A stretch of DNA of 60,000 bases from Amphiscolops sp. MND2022 (Eukaryota): assembly GCA_964187785.1 (NCBI GenBank), contig OZ076409.1, forward strand, positions 81,346,001-81,406,000, in the 5' to 3' direction. The notes under the pieces are model-generated. The model did not search any database. It saw only the letters and a list, made by a program, of their open reading frames with translations, and was not told the DNA's origin. The position numbers and the translations under genes were made by a program. Position 1 is the first letter of the stretch. Each line of letters begins with the position of its first letter. Below are positions 14,301 to 28,359 of this stretch, piece by piece.

Positions 14301-14501
14301 ATAACCAACTTTGAAAGCCAACTTTTTGAATCAAAACTTTGTGTTTCAGACAAAAGTAAAGAAATTCGAAGTTTGAACGATCAGATTGATTCGTTGCAAA
14401 TGCAAATTACTCGGATGCAAGACGAAGAAAAGCAACGGGTTTCCATTCTACAGTCAGCAATTCAGAATTATGTGCAGACTTCGACCACCAGCCGGCGATA
14501 G
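5314..14501 (+). CDS. LRRC45: Leucine-rich repeat-containing protein 45 (RNI-like LRRs plus long coiled coil), 10 exons
   Basis: Phase-consistent GT-AG exons: 5314-5610, 6430-6500, 8413-8591, 8850-8978, 9513-9625, 10490-10840, 11449-11560, 11642-11765, 13250-13704, 14350-14501. They give LNLKGNNLRSASAEALGRLL, LILEWNGLGMWD, DLRWNNVG and LELCGNNIP, then a coiled coil ending LQSAIQNYV. Confidence 0.88.
9663..10156. mobile_element. Foldback/MITE-like element in an LRRC45 intron
   Basis: Tandem GAAAACTCAAC units at 9671-9725 are mirrored by tandem GTTGAGTTTTC units at 10081-10150. Confidence 0.65.
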
Positions 14502-15294
14502 ATTGTACCAGCCAATTAATTGCTCCTTAAATTTAGTCATTTTATCTTAGTGTAAAGAACTTACACCTAAAAGATCTTATATATATATATCAAGCTAACT
14601 TGAAAAATTCTAAAATAGCATTTGCTCTGCGTTGAAGTGGGCTTCACTGTATATTAGTGCTGTAAAATTGTTGAAATGTAAATATATTTTTTAGCTTTGT
14701 TTACACAGAATTCAATGTTTGTATTATTGTTCACTCAACATAAATATTCTCGGATACCCATATTTTTAGTCGGCGCTTTTATAAACAAGACGCCCGCTGA
14801 GGAGCGGGATATTTTCCGCCCCGAACTGTTCTACAACTACATAAATTTGAGGCTCAAGAATAACTAATGCACTATAAAAACGCTGAGAAGTTCGAAGAAA
14901 AGAAAGCTTCGATTCATCTTGTCCATTTTTCTAATTCGCGGTGTCTCAAAAATGGCAAAAATTGCATAAAAATGTTTAAAAATGAGAAATTTGGGAATTT
15001 TTGTCATTTTCGGGGTCATTTTGTCATTAAGGGGTCATTTTGTCATTAAGGGGTCATTTTCGTCATTTTCGTCATTTTTAAAAAAAAACTTCAAAAATCT
15101 CTACAAATACATATCGCACGAAGCTAAATTTATGTGGGTTGAATTCTATGGGTAACACCCTTAAATTTAAATATAAATAAAATCTTGGCAAATTTTGTAA
15201 AAAAAAAACCCGTTTGATTTAAATATTTTCCTTTCCCATATGAAATATGGGCGGAAAATAATAAAAGAGCCCGACTATTACAGTCACTCGTTTT

Positions 15295-16232
15295 TAGTCG
15301 GCGCTTTTCTTAAGAAAAGAGCCCGACTATTACAGTCACTCGTTTTTTTTCTTTTTTTTTATTTAAGACAGACTCGAAGCGACGAACGTTAAAATTAACG
15401 TTCAACTACTAAATAAGTACTAAACTACTGGACCGCTAAAGGCAAACGGGGAGCGCATTCATTTACTTTTTCAACGTTACATACAAGCCCGGACGGGACT
15501 AAAGTTTCGTAACCCCCCCCCCTTTCGATTTTTTTTCGGCGCTGTGAGATTTTTTTTCGAATTTTTTTAATGTCCCCAAAGGGTCCCCCCTTTGAGTTTT
15601 TTGTTATTTTGCTACAGAATGCGTGTTTATAAATCAAAAAGGGTCCCCCCTTTTACATTTTTCGGCACTGTGCGACATTTTCCGAAAGAATTTTTTTTCG
15701 AAAATTTCAAGTTTTTTTCCAAAAAAAATGTTTTGCGCTTTTTGAGCCTTAGATATAGCGCCGACTTGAGGCGTTCTCGTCTTGTTTTATTTAAGACAGA
15801 CTCAAAGCGACGAACGTTAAAATTAACGTTCAACTACTAAATACAGTACTAAACTACTGGACCGGCAAAGGCAAACGGGGAGCGCATTTAGGATAATGCA
15901 AAGGGTCCCCCCTTTCACTTACTCCATTTTTATCGTAAGATACTAAACAGGACGAGACTATGGGGTTTGAGTTTTTTTCGGCACTGTGCGACTTCGAAAT
16001 TTTTTTTGTCTCCAAAGGGTGCCCCCTTCAAGTTTTTTGATATTTTACAGCAAATTGAAGTTTCAAAAAGCCCAAAGGGTCTCCCCTTTCAAGTTTTTCG
16101 GCACTGAGACTGGCTCAAAATTTTTATAGATTTTTTTTTCAAAAACCCAAAGGGTCCCCCTTTTACAATTTCAAAAAGTTTGAGCTTTTTGAGCCTTAGA
16201 TATGGCGCCGACTTTAGACGTTCCCGTCTTGT
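15295..16232 (+). mobile_element. Compound/nested copies of a HINE/Helentron-like non-autonomous repeat
   Basis: 5' hairpin TAGTCGGCGCTTTTCTTAAGAAAAGAGCCCGACTA, internal AAAGGGTCCCCC and TTTTCGGCACTGTG modules, and two 3' ends GCGCCGACTT...CGTCTTGTT (~15785 and ~16232). A ~98-bp direct duplication lies at 15361-15458 and 15790-15888. Confidence 0.6.
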
Positions 16233-17265
16233 TCTGTCTAATCTGGAATATTACTCTAATACGATCAGCCGGTCGAATTTTTCGTACCAAATCATCGTTT
16301 TTAAGTTTTTTCTTTAGCATTATTCAAACTGGTAGCAGCAAGGGGCACTTTTATTGTAATGCTGCGAACGAGTGTTTTGGAAGTGATAGTTCGCTGAGAG
16401 CTTCACCTGCGTTCAAATAGGAATGAAAAAGGTCATTACTGCTCACTAGTTATACTTTCTTTTATGGACCAAGTTGAAATTGGAAGTGGATGGATTGATA
16501 AACTTTTTGAGCTTAATTTGCATTTCTGTATATGCAATATTAGTGTGCAAGTAACGGACCGTTTTTCAAGAATGCATTCCCTCGAAAGATCTTCGGAGGT
16601 CCTTAAGCTTGTTCAATTCTCATAGCAGCGAAGTCAGAGCGTCACCTGCGTTCAAATACGAATGCGAAACGTCATAAACACTTAGTAGCTGTATTCTTTG
16701 CTCGAGTAGCAAAACAGTTCAAGATTTTTATCCCACATAACTGTTAATTACTATTCAATTTTGTTTTTGGGTTGAGAAAGGAAAAATGATTGCTCGTTTT
16801 AGTATTACTGTTTGCAATCAAAGGTGGTGTAAACTAGTACGGTAATACTTAGGAAGAATCAAGTGCGGCATAGACTCGTAGAGTAATTATTGATCGCTAT
16901 TGAATCAATTGACCGAAGTATATAGATATTTCATGTTTTTATTATTGAACTTTGAGATTAATGGTGACTATAACCTTTGAAAGGAATTCTTTGAAAGAGC
17001 TTCTCCGAAGGAATCTCTGCATGACTGTAATTTTCAGAAATGATCAGTAACTTTCAAATATTGAAAAATGAGAAAAGGAAATTTCGCGAGGTGTTTTGAC
17101 TTTTCTAACCTGAGCGATGGTTTCAAAACTGATTTTAATTCCAAAGTTCAAAATCCAAAGTAAATATTTTTAGTCGGTGGTTTTTGAAAAACGTTTTGTA
17201 ACAGTAGCAAGTCTTCCTACTCCAGCTGTCACTGTAATGACCACAGCGTCATTAAGTTACACTAA

Positions 17266-17346
17266 CGCTCGATGGCCTACTGGTTAGAGCGTTAGCCGAG
17301 AAAGTAAGAGGAATGTGAGTTCGAGTCCTGCACAGTTCCATTTTTT
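17266..17346 (+). ncRNA. Degenerate tRNA-like Pol III element
   Basis: A-box-like TGGCCTACTGG, B-box GAGTTCGAGTCC and a following T6 run. No good cloverleaf. Confidence 0.4.
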
Positions 17347-17833
17347 AGTCGGCGCTTTTCTTTAGAAAAGAGTCGACTATAGTCATGGCTTTTCGTCAGT
17401 GTTTTTTCAAGACCACCTGAACTGACCAAAATACTTCTACAAAAGTTCTACAAAATATTATTGCACCAAATTGCACCATTTGGCCTAGCGAACTGAACCA
17501 AAAAGGTTTTTCCTGTTTTCCCGCGTAACATACCATACCGGGCGAGACCAAAGGGTCCCCCTTTCAGTTTTTTCGGCATTGTGAGACTTTTTCCGGAAAA
17601 ATTTTTCCCCAAGGGGTCCCCCTTCAATTTTTTTTGCTGTTTTGCAACAGAATGGATGTTGGAAACCCCCAAAGGGTCCTCCCTTTCAGTTTTTTTCGGC
17701 ATTGCGAGACTTTTTTTCCAAAATTTTTTTTTCATAAAAGGGTCCCCAACTCACCAATACTTTGACATATTGAAGTCCTTTTGCTATTTTTGAGCCTTAG
17801 ATATGGCGCCGACTTGGGCCGTTCCCGGTTTGT
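17347..17833 (+). mobile_element. HINE/DINE-1-like (Helentron-associated) non-autonomous element, representative copy
   Basis: 5' sub-TIR AGTCGGCGC lies within a hairpin closing at CGACT (17374-17378). The 3' inverted sub-TIR GGCGCCGACT (17805-17814) is followed by a short GGG-CCGTT-CCC stem-loop. T runs flank both sides. Confidence 0.6.
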
Positions 17834-18603
17834 TTGGTATCCATATTGAATTATAGGAATAGCGTTTCCGGATATAACGTTTATATAAAGTGATAAATCC
17901 GGTTATAGCGTAAAAAATAGCGTCTTTTTTGCTTTCTTGCGTCCTGTTGGGCAGTAGTTGGGTTTTCTAATCTAGCCAACGGCAGGTGTTATTTTTTTTC
18001 AAATTGAGTTAAATAAATTTCAGTTTCGGATATATCGCATATAACAATTACATGGGAATTTGAAAATTTGGATATTAATTAATGCAAAGGTTTCGTGCTG
18101 GGAGGAATGTGTTCGCTTGTTTTCGAAACTCCGCCTCATTTTTTTCCTCTATTAAAACGAAATATAGTTCGGATATAACGCAAAAATTCGCACTGTTGAA
18201 AAAATTATTGGTAGATATATATTGAAAAATCTCAATTGCAGACGAAAAATGAGAATTTTGAAATTGTCTTATAGTGCCGAAGATGTAACAGAGCCCTTTG
18301 AGCTTTTTATTAACATTCAATTTGTTGCAAAATATCAAAAAAAATGAAAAGGGGGAGCCTTTGGAGACATTAAAAAACTGTGAAACTTACTAGGGTTGAA
18401 CTTCTCTTGCAGTGTTCAAACATGACGATTGTGCTGAAAGGTTTACTTGACGTTTTTATTAAATGATATTTTATCCTGAAAAAAATTATGCGGAAATGAT
18501 CTAGTTCTAAAGTTTATTGGGAGTGAGTGCTTCTGAGCCCCGAAGTTGCCAATTTTCTCTATCAAGTGTTGTGTAATCACATATGATTTTTTTAGAATAG
18601 TTG

Positions 18604-21600
18604 ATGGTAGCAGAAACAACTTCCCAGTCTTTAATTTCTTCAGAGCCTGAAGCTCCCTTCAGCAGTTAGTGAACTGTTATTTTCTGTATGGCGTACAATG
18701 TGGAAGAGAACTATTAAACTCAAATTGTCTCACAGGATAGCTGTCAGATTCTATATTAAAAACGATAGAAATCTGGGAACTTCTTCCTTCCCACCCCACA
18801 CACATTTTTTTTGTGAAAAATTGTAAAGTTAAAGTAGTATATGCAGTTACGTGAAATTATCAAAATAGTGTAGAATATAGTTATTTAGGAACCGTTAATT
18901 TATTTGTTGAGTAGTTTTAGAGTAAAAATTCAATTTGTTAACGTGTGTGGGGTAGGAAACAGCCGGTCTGATTTTGTAAATTATAAGTAGCAAAGTATGT
19001 CATTGCACAAGCGTAATTCTGCCGATTATTTTTCTGAAATAAATGTTTTTTGGAGCTCTCCACTTTAGCTCATTTTATCTGTATTTCCAGGCTCAAAGCA
19101 TCACGATGTACCGATTGAGCACTTGGACTACGTGTATATTGGAAAATGTTCTGATGTGAAATACCTGGAGAAATTATTGAAAGTTCTTCGCTCGGGCAAA
19201 GAAGGTCTGTTCCCGGATCTAATCGAGTTCGCCGAAAATCGCTTACGTTTATTGGCTCCCTCAAGCAAACTCCTGAACGCTCCTCAGCCAATCAAAAAGA
19301 AAGATGCATTGGCAGCTGACGAGAAGCAAAGTCTAGTTGACGATCTGAACGACTTCGTTCAAGCGATGAATGGTGATGGAAATTTCGAAGAAAATGGTGA
19401 AGACGCGCCTAAACCTAACGGCGATGTCTTGGTTTCGGAACGCGATATCCGAGACGATGTTCCTATTAGGGGCTTGAATTGCAACATATCAGAGGGTTCT
19501 AAAAACGGACCAAGTCAGGGAAAAGCCTCTAATGGATTGAGTGCGAACCGAATCAAATCTGGAGATTACCGAGCATGGGATAAATTTGACGTCGATGCTG
19601 AATGCGAAAAAATTGAGCAACAAGAACAGGAAAAGATTGAGACTAATCGGAATGCAGACACCGGTTCCAAGCTGCCGTCATATGACGTTAATATGGAAAA
19701 TGTAACGGATGAAGAAGTTAACAGGCGGGCTATTATCGAAAAAGAAAAGGTAATGTTCTTTGTTAAAGCAACAGTGTTCAATTAAGTCTGTTTTTATTTA
19801 TGCCTTAATGTTGGCTCAAAGTTTTCTACTAATATTTGAATATTCAAAATTCTCTGAAACTCAATTTAACAAATTAATTACGAGGACCGTGCGTAATGAA
19901 ACTAAATTAGTTTTTTATTAGCTTGTATGTGCCATAGTGCAGAGGGGACGTGTCGGTAAAGATAAATAAAAAAAAACAAAATTCACTGAAACTTGCTTTT
20001 TTTCACCTGCTTTTCTACCATGTGCAACATTTTTTGTTTTTCAGGGTAACGAGAGTTTCCGAGCAAATGACTTTGACGAGGCTATCGTTTACTATTCACG
20101 ATCCTTGCGGTTTCTGGAATCAGCTGCTTGCTTCAACAACCGATGTTTGGCTTACCTCAAAAAAGAGCAATGGTCCGCTGCTTTGGAAGATGCAAGTAAA
20201 GTCCTTGAAATGGAGCCAGACAACTTGAAGGCTAAACTACGAAGAAGTCAGGCTCATTTTGGGCTAAAGGATTTCTATAATGCCAGGACTGATGTGGAAG
20301 ACGTTTTGAAACATGAGCCTTCGAATAAAAATGCTTTGAAAGTTAAGGCCGACATCGACAAAGCGAATCCACCTCCCGTTCCAGGCGCCAAACGACTGCT
20401 GATTCAAGACTGTGACGAAGATGAAGACGAGGAAGAAAGTGAAGAAGAGGCTGAAATTGTTATTAATAATCATTCGGAGAGCTCGAGTGATAACAGCGCA
20501 TTAACTACTACTGCCATAGTTGGTGCTGAGGAAGGTGGTGATTGCAACGTTAAGGTCTCAACTGTTCCTTGCAATGACACCAAAAGCAATGATATCTGGG
20601 ACACCTCTGAAGTGAAGGAAGAACAGTTCTTCGATTGTTCCAACAAAACTCCGACTCCATCGCCTCCCATGGTTCCTGAACTGCCAACCGAGGCTAGAAA
20701 AATACCAAAAAATGTGCTTTTCCACAAAAACTTAGCCAACGACTATTTCTCCAAAGGGCAATATCATGAAGCAATGCTTGAGTATTCTAACGCAATCGAC
20801 AAAATGGTCGCTGAGGACAGGAAGTATTTTGTCAATGCTTTTAGTGCTTTGTGGTCTAATAGAGCTGCTTGTTACGTCAAAATGGGCGATTTGAAACAAG
20901 GAATTCTTGACTGTGTAGAAGCATTTACTGCCGATAACAAGAATGCAAAGGCTTTAGTTAGGCGATCAAATTGTTACGCTGGCCTTGAACGCTACAAAGA
21001 AGCTTATGTTGATCTGAAAATGGCTATTTCTATTAATAGTTCACTATTCCCATCCGTGCAAAAGGAGTACAATATGTATAAAAAGTATCTATTTGATGAG
21101 TTGGGCTCACAATGGGAACGCAAGCTGCCTGCTTTCAATACTTACGGGCTGGAATCGCAGCAGGACAAATATAACAAATTGAAATTGGAAGGCAATGATT
21201 TTGTGAAGGTCGGAAAACACGACCTGGCTATTGAAAAATATAATGAATGCATCAAAATCGACCCTTCAAAACCCGTTGCGTATGCTAATCGAGCCCAATG
21301 CTTCATGTCTACGAACAGGCATAATGAAGCTAAAAAAGACTGTGATGAAGCTTTAGAGCTTTTGACTTCGGACCCAGACGAAGGACTGCAAATTAAAGTA
21401 TTCTACAGACGATGCTCAATTCAGAAATCCCTGAAAAACTATAAAGCTGCTTTGGACGATTTAGCCAAAGTTATGAAAGCTCGTCCCAACAATGAAAGTT
21501 ACAGCAAGTTGTTCGGTGAGCTGATGAAGCTGCATAAATCTCATTTGGCTGAAACTAAAAAGGCGACTGAATTCTCTGAAGCGAATAAAAAGCCTCAGGA

Positions 21601-22378
21601 AACTGTCAAAAAAGCTCCGAAGAAGGTGAAAATAGTGGAAGTCGAAGACGATGATGATGATGATGATTGCGACGATAACGATAAAAACGAGAAGAAGACC
21701 GAAGAAGATCAAAAGGTCTCGGAAGGTGTAAAAGGAAGCAAAGTTTCTGATGTATCGCGTGAAAAGAAAAAATCAGAATGTTCCGCTGCGAATCAGGAAG
21801 TTGGAGCTTCGCGTGAGGAAAAGGGCAACAATTCAAATCATAGTAAAATCACTGGAAATGAAAAAGCCAAATCGAAGAGCAAACCAGAGTCAAGTCAAAG
21901 CAAAGCCCTCCCCAAAGAAGCGTGGAGCGAATCTCCGAGGCATTCTCAGAATGAAAAGATCAACCCAAGTGACACTTGCAGTAACGTTCCAGTTGTTCCT
22001 ATACTATCATCGCAATCACCCTACGAGTTCACACAAGCGTGGCAATCATTAAAGGGCACAAATGACACGAAAGCTTTTGCCAGACTTCTTGACCAAGTTG
22101 AAGATCTCAGTAAAGTTATCACTGTCAAATGTGACGGCGAAATGATAACATTATTACTGAAGGTTCTTCACGATGAGTTTTCTTCACGTTCACTTGATTG
22201 TGTACGTCACTTGGAGTCTTTGACTAAGTTGCCTCGCTTCAAGGTTATAATGATGTTTCTGCACCAAACAGACAAAGCCATGGTTAAAGACTGTCTCTTC
22301 AATCTGAAATCTTCTAACGCTGCTGATGAAAGTTTATTATCTCGCATCACCGCTCTGGAGAAGAAATTTCTAAGTTGA
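18604..22378 (+). CDS. SPAG1: Sperm-associated antigen 1 (TPR co-chaperone, RPAP3 family), 3 exons
   Basis: Exons 18604-18664 (tentative but phase-compatible), 19091-19749 and 20045-22378. The N-terminal VPIEHLDYVYIGKCSDVKYLEKLLKVLRSGKEG is characteristic of SPAG1. It is followed by RIKSGDYRAWDKFDVD, three TPR clusters (KEKGNESF, KNLANDYF, KLEGNDFV) and a C-terminal RPAP3_C-like region (SPYEFTQAW...LPRF). Confidence 0.9.
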
Positions 22379-24177
22379 ATTGAAAAGCTCAGTTTGTAGC
22401 TTTCGCTCAGATGAAAACCAACTCGCCAAATTCAGCTGCAAGAAATGTTTCGAAGCCAGGAGATATGCACTCTTCTTTATCATGTCCATATTGTAAAAAA
22501 GTATCTGTTCATATGTACGTAATGCTTTCCCACTTCCCGAGATCCCTTTCTCAATCATTGTTTCCTATTTTGATCGAATTGATATTTTTCAGCTCCTTTT
22601 CTAGTTTTGTTTGAATTCTTCCAGCCTACCCTTAGCTGTCGGTCCTTCGATCAAACCAGAAGGCACCAACCAAAGTAGACACCACGGGAATGTCGTATGT
22701 CAGCGCCCCGCTCGAGGCCCAAAAATTGCAAAGTCTTTTATATATGCTCAAGAGTGGTTTTTACGGAAATCTTGAAAAGTTTCAGTGCCAAAAACCCAAA
22801 CTAAACTCTTTACGCTCATTGATTGAAAGATATTTTTCCTAATTGAGAACATCCAAAAAACCAAAGTGGGACCCTTTGGTGAAGTGGAAAAATCACAGTG
22901 CCGAAGCAAACCGAAAGAGGGAACTCGGTAATTTAGCTGAAAATGAAAAATGGTCAAAAGGGGACCATTTGACCGCTTTGGATGCGCTATATATTTGAAG
23001 TGCGCCGACTAAAAATGAAGACAGTCATGCATCGAGTCTTTTTAATGATACAAAACAGTGTCGCAATACAAACTACATTTCAGCAAATACATTTGATTAT
23101 TTCAAGAATTTATCGAAAGGAAATTGGTCTCCATGAACGTTGTTTAGAAATTTACTTCCCAGATTTGATCCTTCGGATAATAAATTTCCGAAACTTGTTT
23201 TCCCGATTTGTTCTAACGCTCTGTTCTCAAATTCTGGGTGTCCTCGCATCCTCTGCACCTTGATTTCTGATGCGTGAAAAATTTTTGTTCACTTGCTGTT
23301 TTGACCACCATAAATATTTTTTACAAGATTTTTTTATGGATATTAGGCATCGGAGTTTTTTCTGGAAAATTTAAATTTGTAGTTCAAAAATACGCAAAAA
23401 ACTCAAAAACAGCTTTTTCTCAAACTGGAAATATCGAAACGAATTTTTCAAATTTTTTATTTTCAAAATTTTTTTCTCTGCGGAAAAGTCTAATAAGGCC
23501 GAAAAAGGAGCTTTAAGCTCGCTTAACGCTTTTTTCGAGCCGAAAACATTTATGAAGCTCAAGGGTTACCCTACGATTAAATAATTTCTTTCCATAAAGT
23601 CGCACCTAACTCGAAACATCAAATAACCCAATTTTTGAAAGGCATGTCATTTTTTTTCTTTCCGGAAAAAGTGTCAGTGCCGAAAAACCCAAAAGGAGAC
23701 TATATTTTCACGAAACGCAATATAGCGTGCTGTCATGTGCGAGCGCTTTTCTGAACCCTGCCCCCTTTTTAGTAAAACGCAATATAGTTCGGATATAACG
23801 TCAAAAATCCGGATAGAGCGCAATATTTCCCCACCTCAGTGAAAGGCCACTTATTTTGGATATAACGTCAACAATTCGAATATAGCGTGCTGGCTAGGCC
23901 AAATAGTCTTTACCGTATGACTCATGTTTGCTCCATCTGTACTCCGTAAAAGTGGACGGATCAGCGGCTACTGGAGAAAAAACTTGCCATTGTAAGAGTC
24001 GTTCTTTTTCTCCAAAAACGCCGACTAAAAAGGATCTCGCGCATCGAAACCACAGGTCGGTAGGTTGATAATGTTTTATGTGCCCATATTACACAAAGGG
24101 CAATCACGCTGTGTCAATGCGCTGCAAGCTGCAGAGTCTCCTTGCAGTGTCAGTAACAGTCCCGACAAATAAGTTTG

Positions 24178-24685
24178 AACAAAACGGGAACGTCTAAAGT
24201 CGGCGCTATATCTAAGGCTCAAAAAGCGCAAAGTTTTCAAGATTGTAAAATGGGGGACCCTTTGGGCTTTTTGAAAATCTAGTTGCAAAATATCAAAAAG
24301 AATCAATAGGGGACCCTTTGGGGGCATCAAAAAATTTTCGAGAAAAAAAACGAAAAATGAGAAGTTTGAAACAGTCTCATAGTGCCGAAAAACTTAAAAG
24401 GGTAGGCCCTCTCGACTTTTTGAAAATCCAGTTGGCTGCAAAATATCGAAAAACTTGAAGGGGGACCCTTTGGAAACAATAAAAATCGAAAAAAGTCGCA
24501 CAGTGCCAAAAAAATCGAAGGGGGGCCCTTTGCACTAACTTAGGTGTGTTTCCGGTTGCCGGGCTAGTAGTTGAGTAGTTCTGTAAAAAGTGTCCACTAC
24601 GCATACATTCTGTTGTCTGACGAAAAAAACTAGTCACTGTAATAGTCAGGCTTTTTTCCTTTAAAGGAAAAGGCGCCGGCTGAAA
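24178..24685 (-). mobile_element. HINE/Helentron-like repeat copy on the minus strand
   Basis: Reverse-orientation 3' end (AACAAAACGGGAACGTCTAAAGTCGGCGCTATATCTAAGGCTC), GGGGACCCTTT modules, and the 5' hairpin at ~24643-24682. Confidence 0.6.
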
Positions 24686-27600
24686 ACTTTCGCAAGTGGA
24701 CGGGAATTTGTAAAATTTATTGATCGTCAAGAATGGTCTGATTACATTGTTAGTAGCACCCGAAGGATTGTCAAGGTTAAGTTGCTATTATTAAGCTATT
24801 CAGCTTTAAAAAAATGTTTGCTAGAAACATCTGCCAACGAAATTACTAATATTGAATTTTGTGGGTATTCAGGAAATTGTGTATAAGCATGTGAATATAC
24901 ATGCTTGTTTGAGTGAAAATTAGTTTTGAACAGAAACCTCCGAACGATTTCTTGTTTTTAAAACGCGCATTGATTTTTTGTTTCTTTTTCTTTGACGTGG
25001 CTTGAATCTGACGCAGGAATAAAACGTGTTTTCTTTGTTCATTTAGCTACTTCTCCATTTGATTTTTCTGTCGTGAGCTAACATTGTTGTATTTTTAAAT
25101 AGGCTTTCTTACATGCTCCTTTAATGCATAGTATTAAATCTCGTTCCTTGCTGCCTCTAATTCTATATTTGACGTGTATACCTGAACGGTGCGGTTTTGT
25201 TGAATTTCAAAAATTGTAGCTTTTAAATTCTGCTTGAATATTTACATCAGTATTTTTTCTGCCAAGATTCTAATTATCCACTGAAATGTTTCGAACGCCA
25301 TTCTGATTATCAATTCAATTTTCATTTACATTTGGTTGGGAATAATTACTACACATGCATGAAATAAGTATACACTTAATTTCAGAGGTTTCTATTTACC
25401 TCTGAAAAAATTAAATAGCTTTTTGAAAGCATTCAGTAGGTAACATGCAACAAGGCCATATTTGGCAGTATCTTGTGATGTTTGCGAACATTGGCCCATT
25501 TTATTCATGTCTACAAATCTAGACGGGACCAAAGAGTCTACCCTTTGGGTTTATGTGATGCGTTCAGTTAGGAGAAAGTTTTGTATGAGTGCAAAAGGTC
25601 CCCTTTTTAGGATTTTTTCCGGTGCTGAACTGCTCTTAAAATTTTTTAAACTCTAAATTGAAGTTTTTCAAAATGTTTTCAGTCAGAGAAGCGTTTTTTT
25701 AGCCTAAAAGGTTTCCTTTCGTTTTTTTTCGGCACTGCGAGATTTTTGAGAGCTCCGAAAACCGTCTGGAGCATATTTAAAAGACTTGGTGCTTTTTGAG
25801 CTTTGAGCGAGGCGCCGACTTGGGCCGTTTCCAGCTTGATTACGAAGAATCTGACAACGGAAGTTGGCGTAATTGAAAGCATTTCTCTTCCTACTTCTGA
25901 TGATGGTTCAATTCTTCTTGATACTTATTTTAATTTAATCTCGTTTGATCTTTTCAGTTTTTGGTGGTGGCTGGGTCTCCCTCTCTAGCTACTAAAATGG
26001 TGTCCTTCTTCTAATTACTTACCTTCTTTCTATCTATCGACCAACTCTATCGACTTTTCTGCTGATTTTGCCAAACTTCTATCTTAGCCTCTTCGCTTAT
26101 CCATGACCCATCTGCTAATTACTCTTATCATTAATTTTCTATCATCTTTAGTCTTCACTTGCATCAACAGTTGTATTCAAACCCAGTTGCAATTGTGTGA
26201 CATTTTAGCGTAAATAGTCTAATTGACGTAGAAAAGCTTCATACATTCTATGGATTTTTTATTTTTTAAATTAACTATTTTCAGCCGGTGTTTCAGTGTA
26301 AGATCTTAGCATAGTTGAAAGACTTAGTTGTTTTAAGGCTACTGTGGTGCTGTTTTGAATCGACGCATTTTGTAATTTAAAATGAACTAAAAATGAAATG
26401 GTTGCTGAACGCTAGAAAGCGCCAAATTTAACAACCAGTTGACTTCAAATGTAAAATTTTCATTAAGTACGGATTAATCATCTGTCTTTATTGAATTCTT
26501 TGGGTTTGAAATAACTGTTTATGTAGGTTAATACCGCTCGATTCTATTGTTCATGATTTATTACGCGTTTCTTTGGTCGATTATTTTGATGACGTCACGA
26601 TTATTGATTCCTTCATGTAGTGGGCTCTTTTTACTGACGGAATGATTTGTAACCTACTAAGAAATAGCAACTTCGAATGGTGTTACTCCGATCATCAAAT
26701 ACTCATAATCAAAATCTTGGTTTGTCATTTTCAAAAAGCGTCGAAACGTTTTCAGACAGTAGTTAAATGGAACTATTTAGTCGTTTTGTAAGAACATATA
26801 AAGTTTGAACTGTTTTCGCTGAATGGATTTCAGATCTAGGCTCAGTGTAACTTGTATTTAGGCTCTTAGTGTGATCTAGCATTTCAAAATCAACATCCGG
26901 AACCTGAAATAATTCCCAGTTTTGAGCTTCTTAAACTGAGGACACGTTCATGTCAAATGATGTATTTCTGGAGCAATTTTTGGCTTCTCGCTCCAATAAC
27001 TGCATTCATCGTACCGATCAACATACTGAACATTTGCCTTTTTTTGTATTCCATTGTTAGGTTATAGAATATTTCTGAAGCAACTAGTTTCAAACAACTA
27101 GGTCCTGAGGATTTATGCATCTCCAATTTAAGATCGAATCTAAGAGTGATAGGTAATGGTACAACTTTTACGATACATGTCTCACAAATGCGGAATATTT
27201 CGTTAATTATTTTCTCAACGTACAATATGATGAAAATGTTCGGGTACCGATGGATTAAATATACGGTTCAAGATGCTAACTAACTGCATACAAGTGTAGT
27301 CAAGTATCACGGATGAGAAAAGGATATAAATTTTTGAAGGCAGTTGGCTGTTGTTTTTCAAGAGTTATTTTCTAAAGTGGCAGATGTCAGTAAAAGCTTT
27401 GAAGCCTCGCCGTTTTTTGTTGGATCGTCTCAGTTCCTAATCCAGCAAGTCAATATTGATGCAACGTTTATGCCGTTTACCGGTCGCTTTAGTGTGAGAT
27501 CTGGGTTGCAGACGTCCACAATTTCGATTATTGCCCGACTTTTCGTAAACCTAATTCGGAATTGCAGTAACGATGAAATTGAAACTACATGAAATATGAG

Positions 27601-28359
27601 CACACTTAAATAGTTGCTCTATTTTCTTTGGTTGAGAGTAGGGTAAAAATATCAGCTTTCTTCAGAAAAAAACAGCTTGAAAAAATTTCAGTTTGAAAGA
27701 ACATCGCAATAATTAGCTTAAATATGATTTGATATGAGCCCCTTTCCAAACGATGTTTGGCTATTTCAATGATCACTCAAAGAAAACGTCTTTTATCTGC
27801 AGTTTATTTCATTGATAATGCACAGTGGACTCAATGTTTGGAAATAGGTGGTTTAATTGGCCACGGAGAAACAGTATCGAAACACTAATAATCTGTGGTG
27901 TAATATATACATTGTCAGTATATCATCAGTTAATACTAGTTGTGTCGAGCTAGGTCTTCTTGCACTGCGTTGTCCGTTCTTTGTAACCTTTCCAAATTTA
28001 TGAATTAGCCACTCAACAAACGGCCGTCGTTGGACCACGTTTTTGAAAATCTTGCTGCTCCAAGCAAACAAAAAATATTAAGCTTGTACATTAGCTGCGT
28101 GAACGTTTAGCTCCCCTATTACTCCGTTACGACGAGCTGTTGAATGTAAAATGTCCCTGCAACTTGGATCTAAATCACATGTGGTCAATATTTGATGGTT
28201 GAAGGAAACAAAAGCATACTCGCCTAAATATTGATGAGACGGCAAACAAAAGCCTCTGGCAACCTGGAACTTGCAGTATTCGTTGAAGTTGAACTATCAT
28301 ATCTGCTGGTGCTGTGTTTGGTGGAAAGTTGAATCCTGATTGCATCGGTTTCATCATCC

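Noticed and set aside
15425..17793. Short F/K-rich ORFs with KGPP/GGPF motifs (also near 2372-3024, 24076-24730, 30985-31480, 35299-35664, 59407-59816)
   Set aside because: Translations of the non-coding interspersed repeat family, with no consistent frame between copies.
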